A DNA stretch of 62,163 bases, the filler included. It is 9 parts of 9 records of this genome, joined end to end, with 100 filler letters (N's around TTAATTAATTAA, not from the genome) between each part and the next. Parts side by side here need not be neighbours in the genome. Positions count along the whole stretch, not along the records: positions 10,619 to 14,023 come from SRR7504441_974; positions 14,124 to 20,061 come from SRR7504441_975; positions 20,162 to 30,109 come from SRR7504441_977; 6 more parts are not named here. One strand, 5' to 3'. Below are positions 10,850 through 23,319 of the stretch, piece after piece. The position numbers and the translations under genes were made by a program. The notes under the pieces were generated by a model. The model was not told where the DNA came from, made no database searches, and was given only the letters and a program-made list of their open reading frames with translations. Every line of letters starts with the position of its first letter. The stretch's first letter is position 1.

Positions 10850-13431
10850 TCACTTTTCATCCTGCAATCTATTGTCTTCAAAGTCATCGTCAAGATTGCC
10901 ATGTGAATGCGGAGTGGTGTCGCCTGAACAAAAAGATGTGACAACGTCATTCAAAATTCTAGACACCTGCATGTAGAACCCTCAATTGGACCGAAGAGCT
11001 TGAGCTCCGCATGCTCTGCCGCAGCTTATCCCGCTCATCAGTCGCAGAGCTCAGTCGGTCACGACACCTGAAATCAAACACATCTCACTGGCAACAGGTG
11101 TGAACGCTGACCAGATCAGTGATCCACAGAGCCATTTGACCCATGCGCCTGTTTCATGACGCCAGCCCTCCTCTCGCTCATCTTCGTCGTCGCGGTGTGC
11201 GTACTTGTTAAGCCTCTGAAGCAATTGCTTCTGCTCTTCCTGTCACCAACAATAGGTTTCAGCTACTACTGGGAATCGCAACGGGCCACCTCATCTGCCT
11301 CACCAGCGCGAACGTCCTGCAGTATTCTGATGTCTTCGCTGAGGGCCCCGACATGAGCCTCCAGAACCTGAAAAATGAAGGTACAAGTCATGCTGGACAT
11401 CTATCCACTCGAGGTTGAAAATACCTCAATGGCCTCTGAGGCCTTCATTTCAAATTCTTCATCCTCCAGGTCCTGGATACAATATTCAGACGTATCAAGG
11501 TAGTTAAATTCTTATCAATGGAGCTCACCCCATCTTGCCGCTCGTTGATTTCCTCGAGCAGAAAAATGGCAGGCAAATAGGGATCCACCTCATCCACCCC
11601 TTCCTGACACACAGATGAGACTTCCAGCAAGCTTTGTTGATGTAAACAAAGCACCTGGGCCACGCGTAATTCGAGCTTCTCCAGTACAGGCCAGATGTAG
11701 CCACCAAAGACCAATACCGTGAAGAAGATTACTAATATGGTCGTGGTTAGAATCGTATCACCATGCTGATCTTGGAAGTCTTCACTTGCTTGGAGTGCTA
11801 GAACAAACGCAATAGCACCACGGAGACCGGAGAACCACATTGTGAACTGTTTCTTTGGGCCAATTTTCTTGCTTATGAACTTGTTGAGTATGAAGCTAAG
11901 CGGGTAAATGTTGCATACACGAGCAAAGAGGCAGATCACCTGTAATTTAAGGCAGTTAGGCATCCTGTTAGCATGGTGTTACCATTGCATAGACTGAGAT
12001 GATCACTGTATCCCAGACTTGATTCAGGGTGAAGAGCGCCAGGCCCAGGTATACAAAGACATACGTTTCGAAGATGTGAGCTAATGTCTTGGAGACCTGT
12101 GGCAAAAGAGGTCAGACACTGTAGTCCACAGTTAGAGTACATCTTTGGCAAGGTGGCGGGCATGCGGTGAAATATTGGGTCGCACAAAAATGGACATTGC
12201 AATACCACAGAACAAGATCGTCACAATGCCAGACATTTTGAGCGCCTCCGCAAGCAGATACGCAATGTAGGGTGAAACAAGCACTGCAAAGCCAGGATCT
12301 CAGAATTTGCGCTGCAATGAGGGGCCAATCAATACCTACTGCCAGCTCCGCATGCTCCAGCTCTTCGTTGCCCGCACAGTCCACTTTTTGGCTCATAAAA
12401 GCGAGTAGCAAGGCCATTCCAACACCAATTGCAAATGAAATAGCAAAGATTTCAACAAAATCCAAGACAGCCCAACCGCAGCTCACTGCAGTGAAAGGCT
12501 CGTTCCTGAAGTTGCCCAAGGTGGAGTACAACACGATAGCGACTGCATCATTCAGGACGCTCTCACCAAAAACAAAGCTGAACAGATCAGGGTCTGCCTT
12601 CAGCTTGGAGAAGACTGCCAGCACTGTGACAGGATCCGTTGCAGAGATGAGTGCACCAAAGATGAGGCATTCGAGCAGGCCCATTTCAACAGCTAGACCG
12701 GCTTGGCCGACCAAGTAGAGCAGCCCGCCTACAATGAATGTTGAAATGAAGGTACCAGCAAACGCGTACGTACAGATGGTCCCAAGGTTCCGAAAGAAGT
12801 ATCGGCGCTTCATGTTATAGCCCGCTTCGAAAATGATTGGCGGCAGCAAGACGATAAAAAACACAGATTCGTCAAATTGGACCAGGCTTTCGAAGTATTC
12901 ATTGCCGTGCGTCACCACCAGGAGGAATCCGGCCAACGAGCCTGGCATCGCACGGGTGAGACTGCGGAGTGATGAGTCACCCACCTAGCAGCAGTCCAAC
13001 GCCAGCTTCGCCCAAGTACTTAAACTCTATGCGCGAGAGCTGGAAGCCGATGAGGAACGTCAAAATCAAGAGCGTGGTGTGCAGGACCATCGCGGTGTCA
13101 ATCTTCCGCTTCTCGTCCTCCTCCTCTTTCTGACCACCGGCGCGTTAAGGCCGAGCAGCGGGCAGGCCAGCCCACACCTCCTCGAGGAGTTCTTCGGCAG
13201 TCTCATGCTGCGCGAGCACACCTGCCGGAGCTCAAGATGATCGCTCACCCGCTGGGCGAAATGAGTCAGGCGCGTGCGGGGGGAGGCACGAGCTAGGGCG
13301 ACAGGACCCAAACCCGGCACCTCCACCGTGGGGCGCTAATCATCAAGCAGCCGGCCCCTAGTGCCCCACTCACCCGAGGTGCAGATCAGCAAGAGCACAA
13401 GCAGCAGCTCGGTCCGGGGCAGCGCCACCAT
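10850..13431 (-). CDS. Na+/H+ exchanger (CPA1; NHE8/NHX-like), signal peptide, multi-intron
   Basis: [68 protein letters not shown]; 3' end approximate. Confidence 0.92.
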
Positions 13432-14123
13432 GCTCGGTCCGACGTTGGCGCCCAACCGACTGGTCCACAATGCAAACTATGCGGTGAGCTGTTCGGGTTG
13501 CGACGCAATGCGGGGCGCTTGCCGCTGAAGGCTTGGCGCTGGCACGGGTGTTGTGGCCGGCTCAGTCCGGACCGGCTCTGACCACGCGGACGGTCCCGGG
13601 GGACCTCGGGGCGCAACGTTCACCATCTCGCCGGACTCGCTCCAGTAGTCAGGTGCCAGTCTATGAGACGGAGCAGTCAGTACTGACTTGACTGACACGG
13701 CACCTCCATTGTTGGTCATTTCTGTGATACATATTTTGGTACAGGCGGGCTGCGAGGTGGCGGGAACGTCTAGCTTCGCCTGTGGTGTCCTCCGACGCGC
13801 AGTGTTAGATGGCCAAGCCAAGCTTCGGCCCTGGCTCGGCCGTTCCCAAGTTCGAGCGTAAGATTGGGCTGCACCCTGGCAAGCAGACCGCTCCCCGTCG
13901 CAGCCGCACCACGACCCCGTCCTCGGGAATGCGCGGCTGGTGCGTGCTGCCCCCGCATCTGCTAGGCAGTGACTGGGGAATGTGGCGGCAGGGTGACCGA
14001 CAAGCAGGACCCGTTCACCAAATNNNNNNNNNNNNNNNNNNNNNNNNNNNNNNNNNNNNNNNNNNNNTTAATTAATTAANNNNNNNNNNNNNNNNNNNNN
14101 NNNNNNNNNNNNNNNNNNNNNNN

Positions 14124-14753
14124 TGCGACACTCGCTTGGCTGATCTCAATCGGCTGCGTTCTTGAATAGTCCCTGCGGAACACTTCCTTCTGCCTCCAAC
14201 GAAAGTACCACGCGCAGCTCCACACCAAGAGTGCAAGCATTTGGTAGTATTTTGAGTTTTCGGTGTAAGGAACTTCGTATGATAGTCCCAGCAAAGTCCA
14301 CCACACACAGAATGGGATCACAAGCACGTATACGGCGTGACTCCAGGTAAATTTCCAGAACATGCCGATCCGGCAGCTGTAGGTAGAGAGACTGATTTCG
14401 AGCAGGATAAACGAGAGAGGTATAAGTCCGCAGCCAATATATCTCAGAACGTAGTCCCAATGTGGAGGAGCCAACATCATTGCCAGGCTAATGATCATGA
14501 GAATCAGCCCTGCGAGCAGGACGAAGAAAGAGACCACATAAAGCCAGTCACAATCATGCGGAGCACACTCACCATTGGGATTACCACCCCCGCCGCCCTG
14601 GTGCCAGCCATATGTCTGCGGCGCGGTCACGGGACGATATTGTTGGTGGTGTGTAGTAGGTGGTGCATGAGAAGGGGCACTCATGGCGCCCACTCGGATT
14701 CCATCGTTCCTTCCGCCGGTGAAGGAGCCGCCGTGGATATTCATCGAATGCAC
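14124..14753 (-). CDS. Membrane protein (about 4 TM helices), 3'-truncated at the linker; start uncertain
   Basis: Hydrophobic segments WLYVVSFFVLLAGLILMIISLAMML, IGCGLIPLSFILL, AVYVLVIPFCVWWTLLGL. Confidence 0.6.
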
Positions 14754-15002
14754 TTGCTTGAAGAACCCACAGCCTTACGCGGGCGGGGTCGTGTGTCAAA
14801 TCGACACAACTGGTCTGCTCGGTGCGCTCTAGGGCTGCTGCGGGCAGGCGACCGGCTGAGCACCGTCCAAGTGGTCCGGCCGAGTGGTTCGCCCGGCTGA
14901 CCGGCTGTTCGGCAGGTCACGGCTGTCCGTGGGTGAGAGCGCGAATGGGCGCCCCAGTTGCTTTCGCCAGTTGCTTTCCGTTGCCGTCCATCTGCAGCTT
15001 CG

Positions 15003-17678
15003 ATGAGGCTGCTGCTTCGGGTGGCGCTTTGCCTGGCCGCCAGTGCGGCTGTCCATGAGCCCCTGCCGCCGCCGTTCCTGAGCTACCCGCCGCTCGGCCC
15101 AGGGGCTTACTCCGGGGCCCCAGCGCCGGCCTCGCCCGATCCACTGGTGCGCTACCGCTGGGACACTGCCCCCATCGCTGCCCAGCATCTCCAGGCCTAC
15201 CGGCGCCGCCCGCTCGCCGTGCTGGACCCGATCCCGCTCGGCTTCAGCGGCGCAGACACGCTGCTCCGGGCGAGTGCCGGGCCCAGGGCGATGCGGGTGA
15301 CTGCCCGAGGGTCAATCGGATTCGACTTCGGCAGCGAGTGCGCCGGCTGGCTCGAATTCGACTCGCCCGAGCTCGGGCCGCAGCTGCAGAGCCGGGTGGC
15401 GGTGCTGCTGTCGTCATCGGAGTTCACGCTGCCGCAGTTCACCACGCCCACGGGCGAGAACAACAACGGTAACTGCACCGGAGCAGCGCGGTCGGTCCCG
15501 GGGATCCCGGGCAGGTTCCAGCTGGCGGTCAACTCGGAGCTGTACGAGGGGCTGCGCTACGGCTGGCTGCACGCGCTGCCTGTAGTAGGCGGCGGCCAGT
15601 TCAACTTCACAGTGACTAATCTCTCCGCAGTGTGCCAAGTGATACCGATCAACTATCCCGACCGTGCGTTTGAAGCCGACGGGCCGGTTCCGCAAGCGGG
15701 AGCCGAACCGGGGTCGGGGGCACGGGCGTTGGAGGAGGTGTGGTACACGGCGATGTACACGACGAGGGTAGATTTGCTCCCTGGGGGGTTTGGAAGCATC
15801 CTGATGGACAGAGGCGACCGGATCTCGTGGACAGGAGATGCCCACTTGGCTCAGAAGGCGGCCTTGACAGGGTTTGGCGGGCAGCATGGCAGCCTGATGG
15901 TCCAGCAGAACACCGAGCGCACGAAGGCGGTGGATAACGGCATTATCAGTTACGATATGTACTTTGTGCTTTCTGTGGCGGACTACTTCATGCACACCAA
16001 CGATACAGTTTCACTTTCAGGGTGGGCCCCATTGGTTGAGAAGAAATTCGAGACCTCAATCAGTTTCTGGGCTAAGCCGAGCGCCCAAGGCTTCTGCGGG
16101 AGCGACCCGAGGATCGGGGCAGACTTTGAGCACTCAGCGCCTTCGGAGGCAGAAAAGACAAGATACTACAAGATGCTGACCATCCAAGCCGCGAGAGAGT
16201 ACGCCCGGGCGGCTGGCCAGTGTTATGCGTGCAACGCCTCCGTGCGAGAGGGTGCGGCCAGACTTGGAGCCCAGTTCACGAGCTACATGGAGCGTGAGCG
16301 TGCGTTGCTCATTAAGCCATGCACCGACTCATATGACGGCTGCTACGGAATGCATGCTGCTACCAACGCAGTGCTGACTGGGCTCACAACGCCGGCTGAG
16401 GAGCAGCAAATATATGACCACCTGCTGAGCAATCCGGCGCATATCTGCAGCTTCAGCCCTTTCAACACGTACTTCATTCTGGAAGCGACGAGCAGGCTTC
16501 GGCTCGAGGGAGGGCGGCAGCAAGCCATGCGGGCGGCCTTGCTTATGCTCCGGCGCTGCTTCCACGGGATGAACCGTCTCGGGGCCACCACTTACTGGGA
16601 GACCTTTTCGCCCGAGTGGAACCGACTGATAGCAGCGGGCGCTCCGACTCCTAACTCGCAGACTGGGTACATGAGCCACTGCCACCCTTGGGCGAGCGGG
16701 CCAGCCCCGTGGATCACTGCCAACCTAGTCGGACTCAGATCTGTGGAACCTGGCTGGGGTAACTTCAGTGCGATTCCATTCCTGGACCCAGCGCCGCCCA
16801 TCCTACTCAGCGCAGTGAGCGGAGTGCAGCCGCTGCAGACTGGGCACGCGATTCGAGCTGGTTTCGCATGTAATGGCAGCAGCTCGCTGGTTGTGCCACC
16901 CGGGACAGTGGCTGGTCTGGTGGCGCTGCCGCTCTGTGGGGCCAAACCGCGGTCGCTTGCAATCAACGGCAAACTGCAGCCGAGTCTTGATACTAGCGAG
17001 GATGCGCTGTTGGTGCGGAATCTTCAACCAGGCAGCTACAAATTCCTGATTGGCCTGACCGGACCTGAAAGAGCCATGATTGTTCCACCATCAGCAGTAG
17101 CGTCGTATCGCGATCGTTTCATCGGAACCGATGACAGTACAGCCGGTGACTGGCGAGGCAAATACGGCCTGGATGGGTACTTGATGTGGAGCTTGAGGGC
17201 AGCGCAGCAGGACGAGCAGAAGCTGCCTCTTTCGATCTCCAGCATTACCGTCAACACGCCCTACACCGGAGTTGTTGGTCCAAAGGGCGCTCCCAACTTT
17301 TCCAACTGCACCAGCGATCGGCGCGCACTCGAGCCAAGCTCGTCTCAGTCCGTGAGTTCCGAGTGCCGTGCGCTAGGCGCCCGTTTGGGGGGGACGACGG
17401 CCACGATTGACATTAACGGCACGGGCACGCACAATGTTAGCCTGTACCTCGTGGATTGGGCGCGGGAGGGCCGGAGGGTAGCTGTCGAGCTGCGCGAGTA
17501 CCACAACCTCCAGCTGGCAGCACCCACGCAATATGTGGACAACATGACAGAGGGAACCTGGATGACATGGGAGACCGCGCTGCCCTCGCGGCTTCGGCTT
17601 CACCAAGTCCAGCCACCCTTGCCGAACAACAATGCGCTGCTGCTCTTCAGCGGGCTCTTCTTTGGCACGAGTTTGTGA
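15003..17678 (+). CDS. Secreted alpha-L-rhamnosidase-like glycoside hydrolase (GH78-like) with extra C-terminal beta domain; intronless
   Basis: Signal peptide MRLLLRVALCLAASAAV; DFGSECAGWLEF; DRGDRISWTGDAH; GATTYWE; SHCHPWASGP. Confidence 0.85.
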   Translation: MRLLLRVALCLAASAAVHEPLPPPFLSYPPLGPGAYSGAPAPASPDPLVRYRWDTAPIAAQHLQAYRRRPLAVLDPIPLGFSGADTLLRASAGPRAMRVTARGSIGFDFGSECAGWLEFDSPELGPQLQSRVAVLLSSSEFTLPQFTTPTGENNNGNCTGAARSVPGIPGRFQLAVNSELYEGLRYGWLHALPVVGGGQFNFTVTNLSAVCQVIPINYPDRAFEADGPVPQAGAEPGSGARALEEVWYTAMYTTRVDLLPGGFGSILMDRGDRISWTGDAHLAQKAALTGFGGQHGSLMVQQNTERTKAVDNGIISYDMYFVLSVADYFMHTNDTVSLSGWAPLVEKKFETSISFWAKPSAQGFCGSDPRIGADFEHSAPSEAEKTRYYKMLTIQAAREYARAAGQCYACNASVREGAARLGAQFTSYMERERALLIKPCTDSYDGCYGMHAATNAVLTGLTTPAEEQQIYDHLLSNPAHICSFSPFNTYFILEATSRLRLEGGRQQAMRAALLMLRRCFHGMNRLGATTYWETFSPEWNRLIAAGAPTPNSQTGYMSHCHPWASGPAPWITANLVGLRSVEPGWGNFSAIPFLDPAPPILLSAVSGVQPLQTGHAIRAGFACNGSSSLVVPPGTVAGLVALPLCGAKPRSLAINGKLQPSLDTSEDALLVRNLQPGSYKFLIGLTGPERAMIVPPSAVASYRDRFIGTDDSTAGDWRGKYGLDGYLMWSLRAAQQDEQKLPLSISSITVNTPYTGVVGPKGAPNFSNCTSDRRALEPSSSQSVSSECRALGARLGGTTATIDINGTGTHNVSLYLVDWAREGRRVAVELREYHNLQLAAPTQYVDNMTEGTWMTWETALPSRLRLHQVQPPLPNNNALLLFSGLFFGTSL

Positions 17679-17965
17679 GGATACAATCATGTAAGCTTAT
17701 GTGAGATGCCTATTCGGTTGCTATGATGATTATGATCAAGCCATTCATGAATCAGATACAATCATGTACATCTACACGTGCGTACTTTACAAGTAACATA
17801 TCATGATGAACTCGCCCCGGCCGGCGGTCCGGCTATATACTTATTTGTACGGTATTGTACGGAGAACTGAACACCGTCCTGAGATACAGTGTATCTCTGG
17901 TGATCGTGAGACAGTCCCTATCATGATCGCAACCCGATAGTAGCCCAATAATCAATTCCATGTAT

Positions 17966-19192
17966 CTAAGTTTCTTCTTCTTCCCTATCAACAATGCTTA
18001 CCTTCGGCTCATTGTGTGCGTAGAGCTCCACCACAGGAACGACACCAGGAGGCATACCCTCAATTGGATCCTGGCCTTCAATTGGCTGCCCATTTAATGT
18101 GATCTCAGCCCGGCCCGTCGCCACCATTTGCACACTGATACAGTCTCCCTCTCCGAAGCTGGTCCCCGCATCGAAATTGGAGACGCTCCAAAGGAAGACG
18201 CCATCCACGGGCTCGTGGCTGTGCAGGCAGCTGCAGTCCTGTGGCGCCTCGGGGGTGACCAGGCCGACCATGAACTGGCCATTGCCCAAGCGGTCGACAC
18301 GTAACGTGAAATCACTACCAACATCCAGCGCCTGCTGAGTGCGCACCTGGTGCCAGCCAGTGGAGTTGACAAAGCTCTGACTTTCCTGGTTAACCTCTGC
18401 GCTCCGTCCATCGTCGCTGAGGAAGATTCTGGGGCCTCCGTTGACATACTCGGCGGTGGCTTGGTCGAAGCGTAATTCGGCTGCCCGGGCGTCGGCCGCT
18501 ACGTCGAGCAAAGCTATGACATTATTCTCGGAACAATTCATTGGACGACATCCGGCTTCCCACAATTCACGCAGAGTGTTGAGCGGCTTCTTGGTGCGGA
18601 TTGCTATATCGAGCAGCGTGTCTCCTTTCTCATAAAACCCAGCCTTGGCGAGATACACGCCGCACCTACGCAATCTGGGCTCACACCCGGCAGCAGGCTG
18701 TGGCTGCACACCAATAGGGGTCTATCCCGCCAAACTCCGGGCGAATCGGGGGGCCATCCACTCCGCGGTTCACCTGCTCCTTGGCAGGGCTGGGCATCGG
18801 GTGGGCGGCCTCAGTGATGAACTCAACCGGGAAGTCCAGAGCGAAGGTAAAGTGCACCCCGTCGGTGGACAGCACGTGCTTGTGTGCACACTTGGGTGGA
18901 CCCACCTCGGCCCCGTCCAGCCAAAGACCACCGAGCACGGCACACGCGAAGAGCTGCTCGGGGGCGTCCTCCGCGGTGCGCACCCGGAGCTCGTGAGTCA
19001 TGTCCCCGAACGCCGCCCGGAGAGGCCGGAGCTGCCCCCGAGAGCTCGCCGGGCCCGGCAGCGGAGGAGCACCTCGCCCTGGTCGAGCCAGCTAAGCAGC
19101 TCGAGCGCCCACGCCGGGCCGTGCTCCGCGTAGTTTGGGTGCAGAATGGGCACCGCGTGGGAGCCGTCGAATTCCTGCATCACGGCCTCCAT
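17966..19192 (-). CDS. Protein with C-terminal SPRY/B30.2-like beta-sandwich; 2 introns
   Basis: Three ORFs join via GTG..CAG introns; C-terminal FTLRVDRLGNGQFMVGLV...FGEGDCISV...ITLNGQ...VVPVVELY. Confidence 0.6.
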
Positions 19193-19305
19193 GCCAGCTT
19201 CCCCCCTGGTACCTTCCGCTGTACCGGAGATTCTACGGTTTCCGTTGTCCTCTCAAATCAAACGCGTCGGGCCTCATGCAGCTGTAGCCGGTGGGATTGG
19301 GAGCC

Positions 19306-20061
19306 ATGTCGTACGCTCTCCGGCTGACCGGCACCAAGTACTCGTCGGAGCCCGGCCGCAAGGGATGGCTGCACCGGAGCGCAGGCAAGCCCGGAACCAG
19401 GCACGGGCCGCCCGCGCTGTATGTCGTCCAGGTGACCACTCCCGACATGCGGAGCTGGACCGTTGAGCGCACCTTCCAAGACTTCCAGAACCTGTGGGAT
19501 GCGCTCCCGCCCGCCCAGCTGATCATCTCTATGGAGGGCGCCGGATTCCCCAGGAAGAGGCACATGGGCCACGAAAACCAAGCCGACAACGTCTCCGCCC
19601 AGGCGGCCCAATTCGCCGTGTTCTTGGACCGGGCGGTCGCCCCGTTGCTACGACCCGAGATGCGGCCCGACAGCAACCCCGCCGAGGATGAATATTCCAA
19701 GCTGCATCGATCCAGCGAGGACTCTCGTCGCGAATATTCCAAGCTGTATCGGTCCAGCGAGGAGTGGCAGGCTGCGGCGTATCCGAGGGATGTCCGGCCG
19801 GCTCCCCTGTCCCGAATGCCCGACTGGAGAGCGCACGCGGAGGGGCTGACCGGGTTCCTGGAGCTGTGGCGGGAGGACGAGCTGGAGCCAGAGCTGGAGA
19901 CGGTGGCGTCGAGCGAGCCTAGTGAGGATCAGCTTGGGGGGGCGGGCGAGGAGATGCGAGGCAGCTACATGGCAATGGCGGATGCTGGAGCGCAAGAAGT
20001 TGTGGAGTCGGGGGTAAGTAGGGTCTGGAAGTGGGTGACCGTGGCGTTGGCTTTGACCTCG
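19306..20061 (+). CDS. PX-domain-like protein with C-terminal hydrophobic segment, truncated at the linker
   Basis: YVVQVTTPDMRSWTVERTFQDFQNLWDAL...FPRKR resembles a PX core. Confidence 0.6.
19690..19763 (+). repeat. 42-nt-period coding duplication (EYSKLHRSSE / EYSKLYRSSE)
   Basis: gaatattccaagctg(c/t)atcg(a/g)tccagcgagga at 19690 and 19732. Confidence 0.85.
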
Positions 20062-20161
20062 NNNNNNNNNNNNNNNNNNNNNNNNNNNNNNNNNNNNNNN
20101 NNNNNTTAATTAATTAANNNNNNNNNNNNNNNNNNNNNNNNNNNNNNNNNNNNNNNNNNNN

Positions 20162-21753
20162 GGGGGTGCAAAGACACGCGACACCGCCGAGCAACCGGCC
20201 CCGGGCCGGAAGAGGGAGGTCCGGGCCAGCCAGGTGGTGGATAGGGCGATCACGGACGAGATGGCCCGCCAACGCCGGCTCAAGGCGGTGGCCGAGACGA
20301 GCGAGCTCGAGAATGCCCAGGCGAGAGCGATGCTGGCCAAGGGCAAGGTGCGCTGAGTCTGGGTGAAGCTGTGGGCGACCGGGGGCAGGCGGATGGGCTG
20401 GTCGATCAAGAGCAGGTCGCGCTCAAGAGACTAGAGCGGCTCCGGGCCAGTGAGATCGAACTGCGAGATGACGCCGCGCTGGCTGAGAAAGCTGCCACCT
20501 CCAAGCGCCACGCCAGAAGAATCGCACGCGAGCAGGTGGGCTGGTTATCGGGGGCGGCGCGAGCTGGGTGGCAGGCGGCCAGAGGGAGGCAGTTCGCACT
20601 GCGGGTAGAGGCGTTCGAGAAAGAACTCAAGGCAGAGCATCGACGCGCGGAGGCGGCGCTCGCAGACTCAATTGCTCACGGTAAGGAGGCCAAGAAGGCA
20701 GAAGCGGAGCTGCTGACTGCCGAGAAGGCAGTCGACGCTGCAGCGATGGCTGCCAGGTCACTGAAGGATGGCTCCAAGCTGAAGGTGGACCGAATCCATG
20801 CAGATTTGGCCGGGCAGTTTGCAGCGCTTAATGCCGCCAAGGACGCTCGTATCAGCCTCGAGGTCTCTCAACATCGAGCCCAAAAGAGGATCGCCAACGC
20901 AGCAACCGCTGTCGAGAAGGCGCAGGCTCAATTGAAGCTTGCGACGGTGGAGACTGCGCTGTCTCAAGCTTCAGAGGTTGAGGCTATCAAGTCCAAGTCT
21001 AACAAGATAGCGACCAAGGAGGCCGGCACAGAGCAAATGGCTGTGACTCTGCAGCTGGCTTCCGCCGAGGCAACTCTAAAGACTGCCGAGTTGCAGCTGG
21101 ACAGTGCGAAGCTCAAAACTGCCTCTGCAAACCAGCTATCCTTGGCTAGTCAAAAGCGAGCTGCACAGCTCGGGGCAAAGTCTACGGCGCTGATGGCTAA
21201 ACTCCGGAGGCTCCGAGCTCTGGCGAAGGCCGCCGCACGCAGATCTTCCGATGCCAAGAAGATGCGGGAGTCACCCAAGTTTGCAAAGGAGGTCGCAAGG
21301 CAAAGGACGGCGCAAGCGTCAGCTGCCCGCTTGAAGAAGCGGCGAGCCGCGGCCAGACTCGAGGCGCTGACTCAGGAGAAGGAAGACGCGCTGGAAGCAC
21401 TCGCAGCGATTAAAATAGTTGTGAGCAGACTAGCTCGAGCAGGCAGCCAGGACAGCCTCGAGATAGGCAATGTGCAGAACCTAAGCTTGAGCAGGCCTGG
21501 GGAAGGGAATGTCACTGGCGCTAGATGGATCAGCAATTTCACTGATCGCCAGATGGTCAGCAAGAGCGACCCCCTGCAAGCCGACCTGAAGGCCGCAATC
21601 AAGGCAAAGGATGCGCTGCAGGCCAATCATGCAAAGACACTAGCTGAGCTGGAGGAGGCCAAGAAGGCCAAGGAGGCACTCCAGGCCGAGCTGTCTGCAT
21701 TGAAGGCCACCGACAAGGGCAAGGGCATCACAATTCAATCATTAAATAATTAA
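20162..21753 (+). CDS. Ala/Lys-rich coiled-coil protein, 5'-truncated
   Basis: Long heptad ORF; intron at ~20348-20388. Confidence 0.7.
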
Positions 21754-21836
21754 ATTATGTACGGTACCAATACAATTGAGTCTCTAATGATTTTCAAGAC
21801 ACGCATGTAAAATTAATTATTAGTGTCAGGATTGCT

Positions 21837-23261
21837 TCAGTTCTTCATCTTGATCTCGGCCTGGAAGGTATTGCAGTCCATCGTCACATTCGCTTTCGAC
21901 CACTGCCGTGTGAACACGCCAGAGCCTGCACCAGTCTCGGAGCATAGCCCCAATGGTTCTCCATAGTCACGGTCATACTCCACCACTGGAGGCGGGTCCG
22001 CAATGCAGCCCTCCCAGCCATATCCCATCCAAGAGTACTCCCCACGCACGAGCATAAACCTGACAACATCCTGCAAAAGCGCCGGGAACGCAGGCCCTGG
22101 TCTGTGGCTGTTGTGCCGTGGTGTCTTCGCTGCAGTGAACGAGATCATTGTCGGAATTTTAGAGAAGACTGAGTCACTACTGCACGCTTCGCGCAGCCAT
22201 GCCGCACAGCCCTTGGACCCCGTCTCTCCCGGATCCATGTCATTGCCGGCCCTCCCGTCCCATATCGGCGCAGTCAGCTTGTTGTTGGCCCGAGGCGACC
22301 CATTTGTCTTGGTGAGTCCGCACTGGTACATCCCCGTGGGCAGGTACGATCCGCCGTCAGGGCAGTTGGGCGGCGAGCACGGCCAGTACGGCGGGTCGAG
22401 CATGCAGTTCACGTTGCTCCAAGTCCAGCCTCCGGCCCTCTGCACCGCCTCGAGTGCCTTCCAAGTGGTCAAACTCCAGTTGCCGAACAGTTCCCGGTAC
22501 GCTGTGCTGTTCTGGACCAGCCCGGTGCCCTGGCTGAAGAAAGGCACCTCGCTTGGGCCGCCCAGGGTCCACCAGTCGTCCAAGAGGAACCCATCCACCG
22601 CCGACCTGTTCCCCATCCCGAGCTCGCCCAGCATAAATTCGTCTACAATCCAGTCCCGAAGGCTCGCGTTACGATGATCAAACACGTAATCGCCGCACGG
22701 GATGTGGTCGCCGCAGTCGTGTCCGTTCTCAGTCCATGCTAGCCGCGTGTGGAACAGCTCTGTGCACAGCGACCGGTTGAGCCGACCGTTGAACTCGCAC
22801 TTGGGTGTGAGACTCTCGTTGTTGCCCGGGCCAAACTTGATAAACCAGCCCGAATACTCCGGATCCTCGAGCTTCTGGCGCAGCTGGGCGAAGTTGGCAT
22901 ACGGCTGAACCAGGTTCCGGTAGACCCAGACCTGGGTCTCCGGGGCCATTCGCTTCATCACGGCGGCCTGCTCCACCATCATCAGGTCGGCGTCCTTAGG
23001 CCGGTGGTGTGCCCAGATCTCCTCCTGCGACTCGAAGTCTAGCGCCACGATCCCCCACTGCCGAAGGAAGGCCCCGCTCCTGGGCGTGAGAACTGGGGCG
23101 TCCGGTAGCCGCGCCGGCCCGAAGCACACCTGCGTCATTGTGGACTTGGTCAGATTGTACGTGGCCGCGAATGGCGGCAGCAGCAGGTGCGGCATCACGG
23201 CCGCCTGCGTGGCCGCACAGAGCGACAGGAGCGCCACGATCCCCACTGCCGCACAGAGCAT
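21837..23261 (-). CDS. Secreted TIM-barrel glycoside-hydrolase-like protein (GHL15/GH168-related); intronless
   Basis: Signal peptide MLCAAVGIVALLSLCAA; VWVYRN, YVFDHRNASLRDW, DGFLLDD, DYGEPLG..GVFTRQWSKANVTMDC. Confidence 0.6.
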   Translation of the reverse strand: MLCAAVGIVALLSLCAATQAAVMPHLLLPPFAATYNLTKSTMTQVCFGPARLPDAPVLTPRSGAFLRQWGIVALDFESQEEIWAHHRPKDADLMMVEQAAVMKRMAPETQVWVYRNLVQPYANFAQLRQKLEDPEYSGWFIKFGPGNNESLTPKCEFNGRLNRSLCTELFHTRLAWTENGHDCGDHIPCGDYVFDHRNASLRDWIVDEFMLGELGMGNRSAVDGFLLDDWWTLGGPSEVPFFSQGTGLVQNSTAYRELFGNWSLTTWKALEAVQRAGGWTWSNVNCMLDPPYWPCSPPNCPDGGSYLPTGMYQCGLTKTNGSPRANNKLTAPIWDGRAGNDMDPGETGSKGCAAWLREACSSDSVFSKIPTMISFTAAKTPRHNSHRPGPAFPALLQDVVRFMLVRGEYSWMGYGWEGCIADPPPVVEYDRDYGEPLGLCSETGAGSGVFTRQWSKANVTMDCNTFQAEIKMKN

Positions 23262-23319
23262 GCTGAGTTGTGCCGGAGCGAAATCCGTTAAATCCAAATC
23301 GCCCTCCTTGTGGACAAAG

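Noticed and set aside
13809-14023. ATG-initiated ORF running into a linker
   Set aside because: Too short and without a recognisable motif to call
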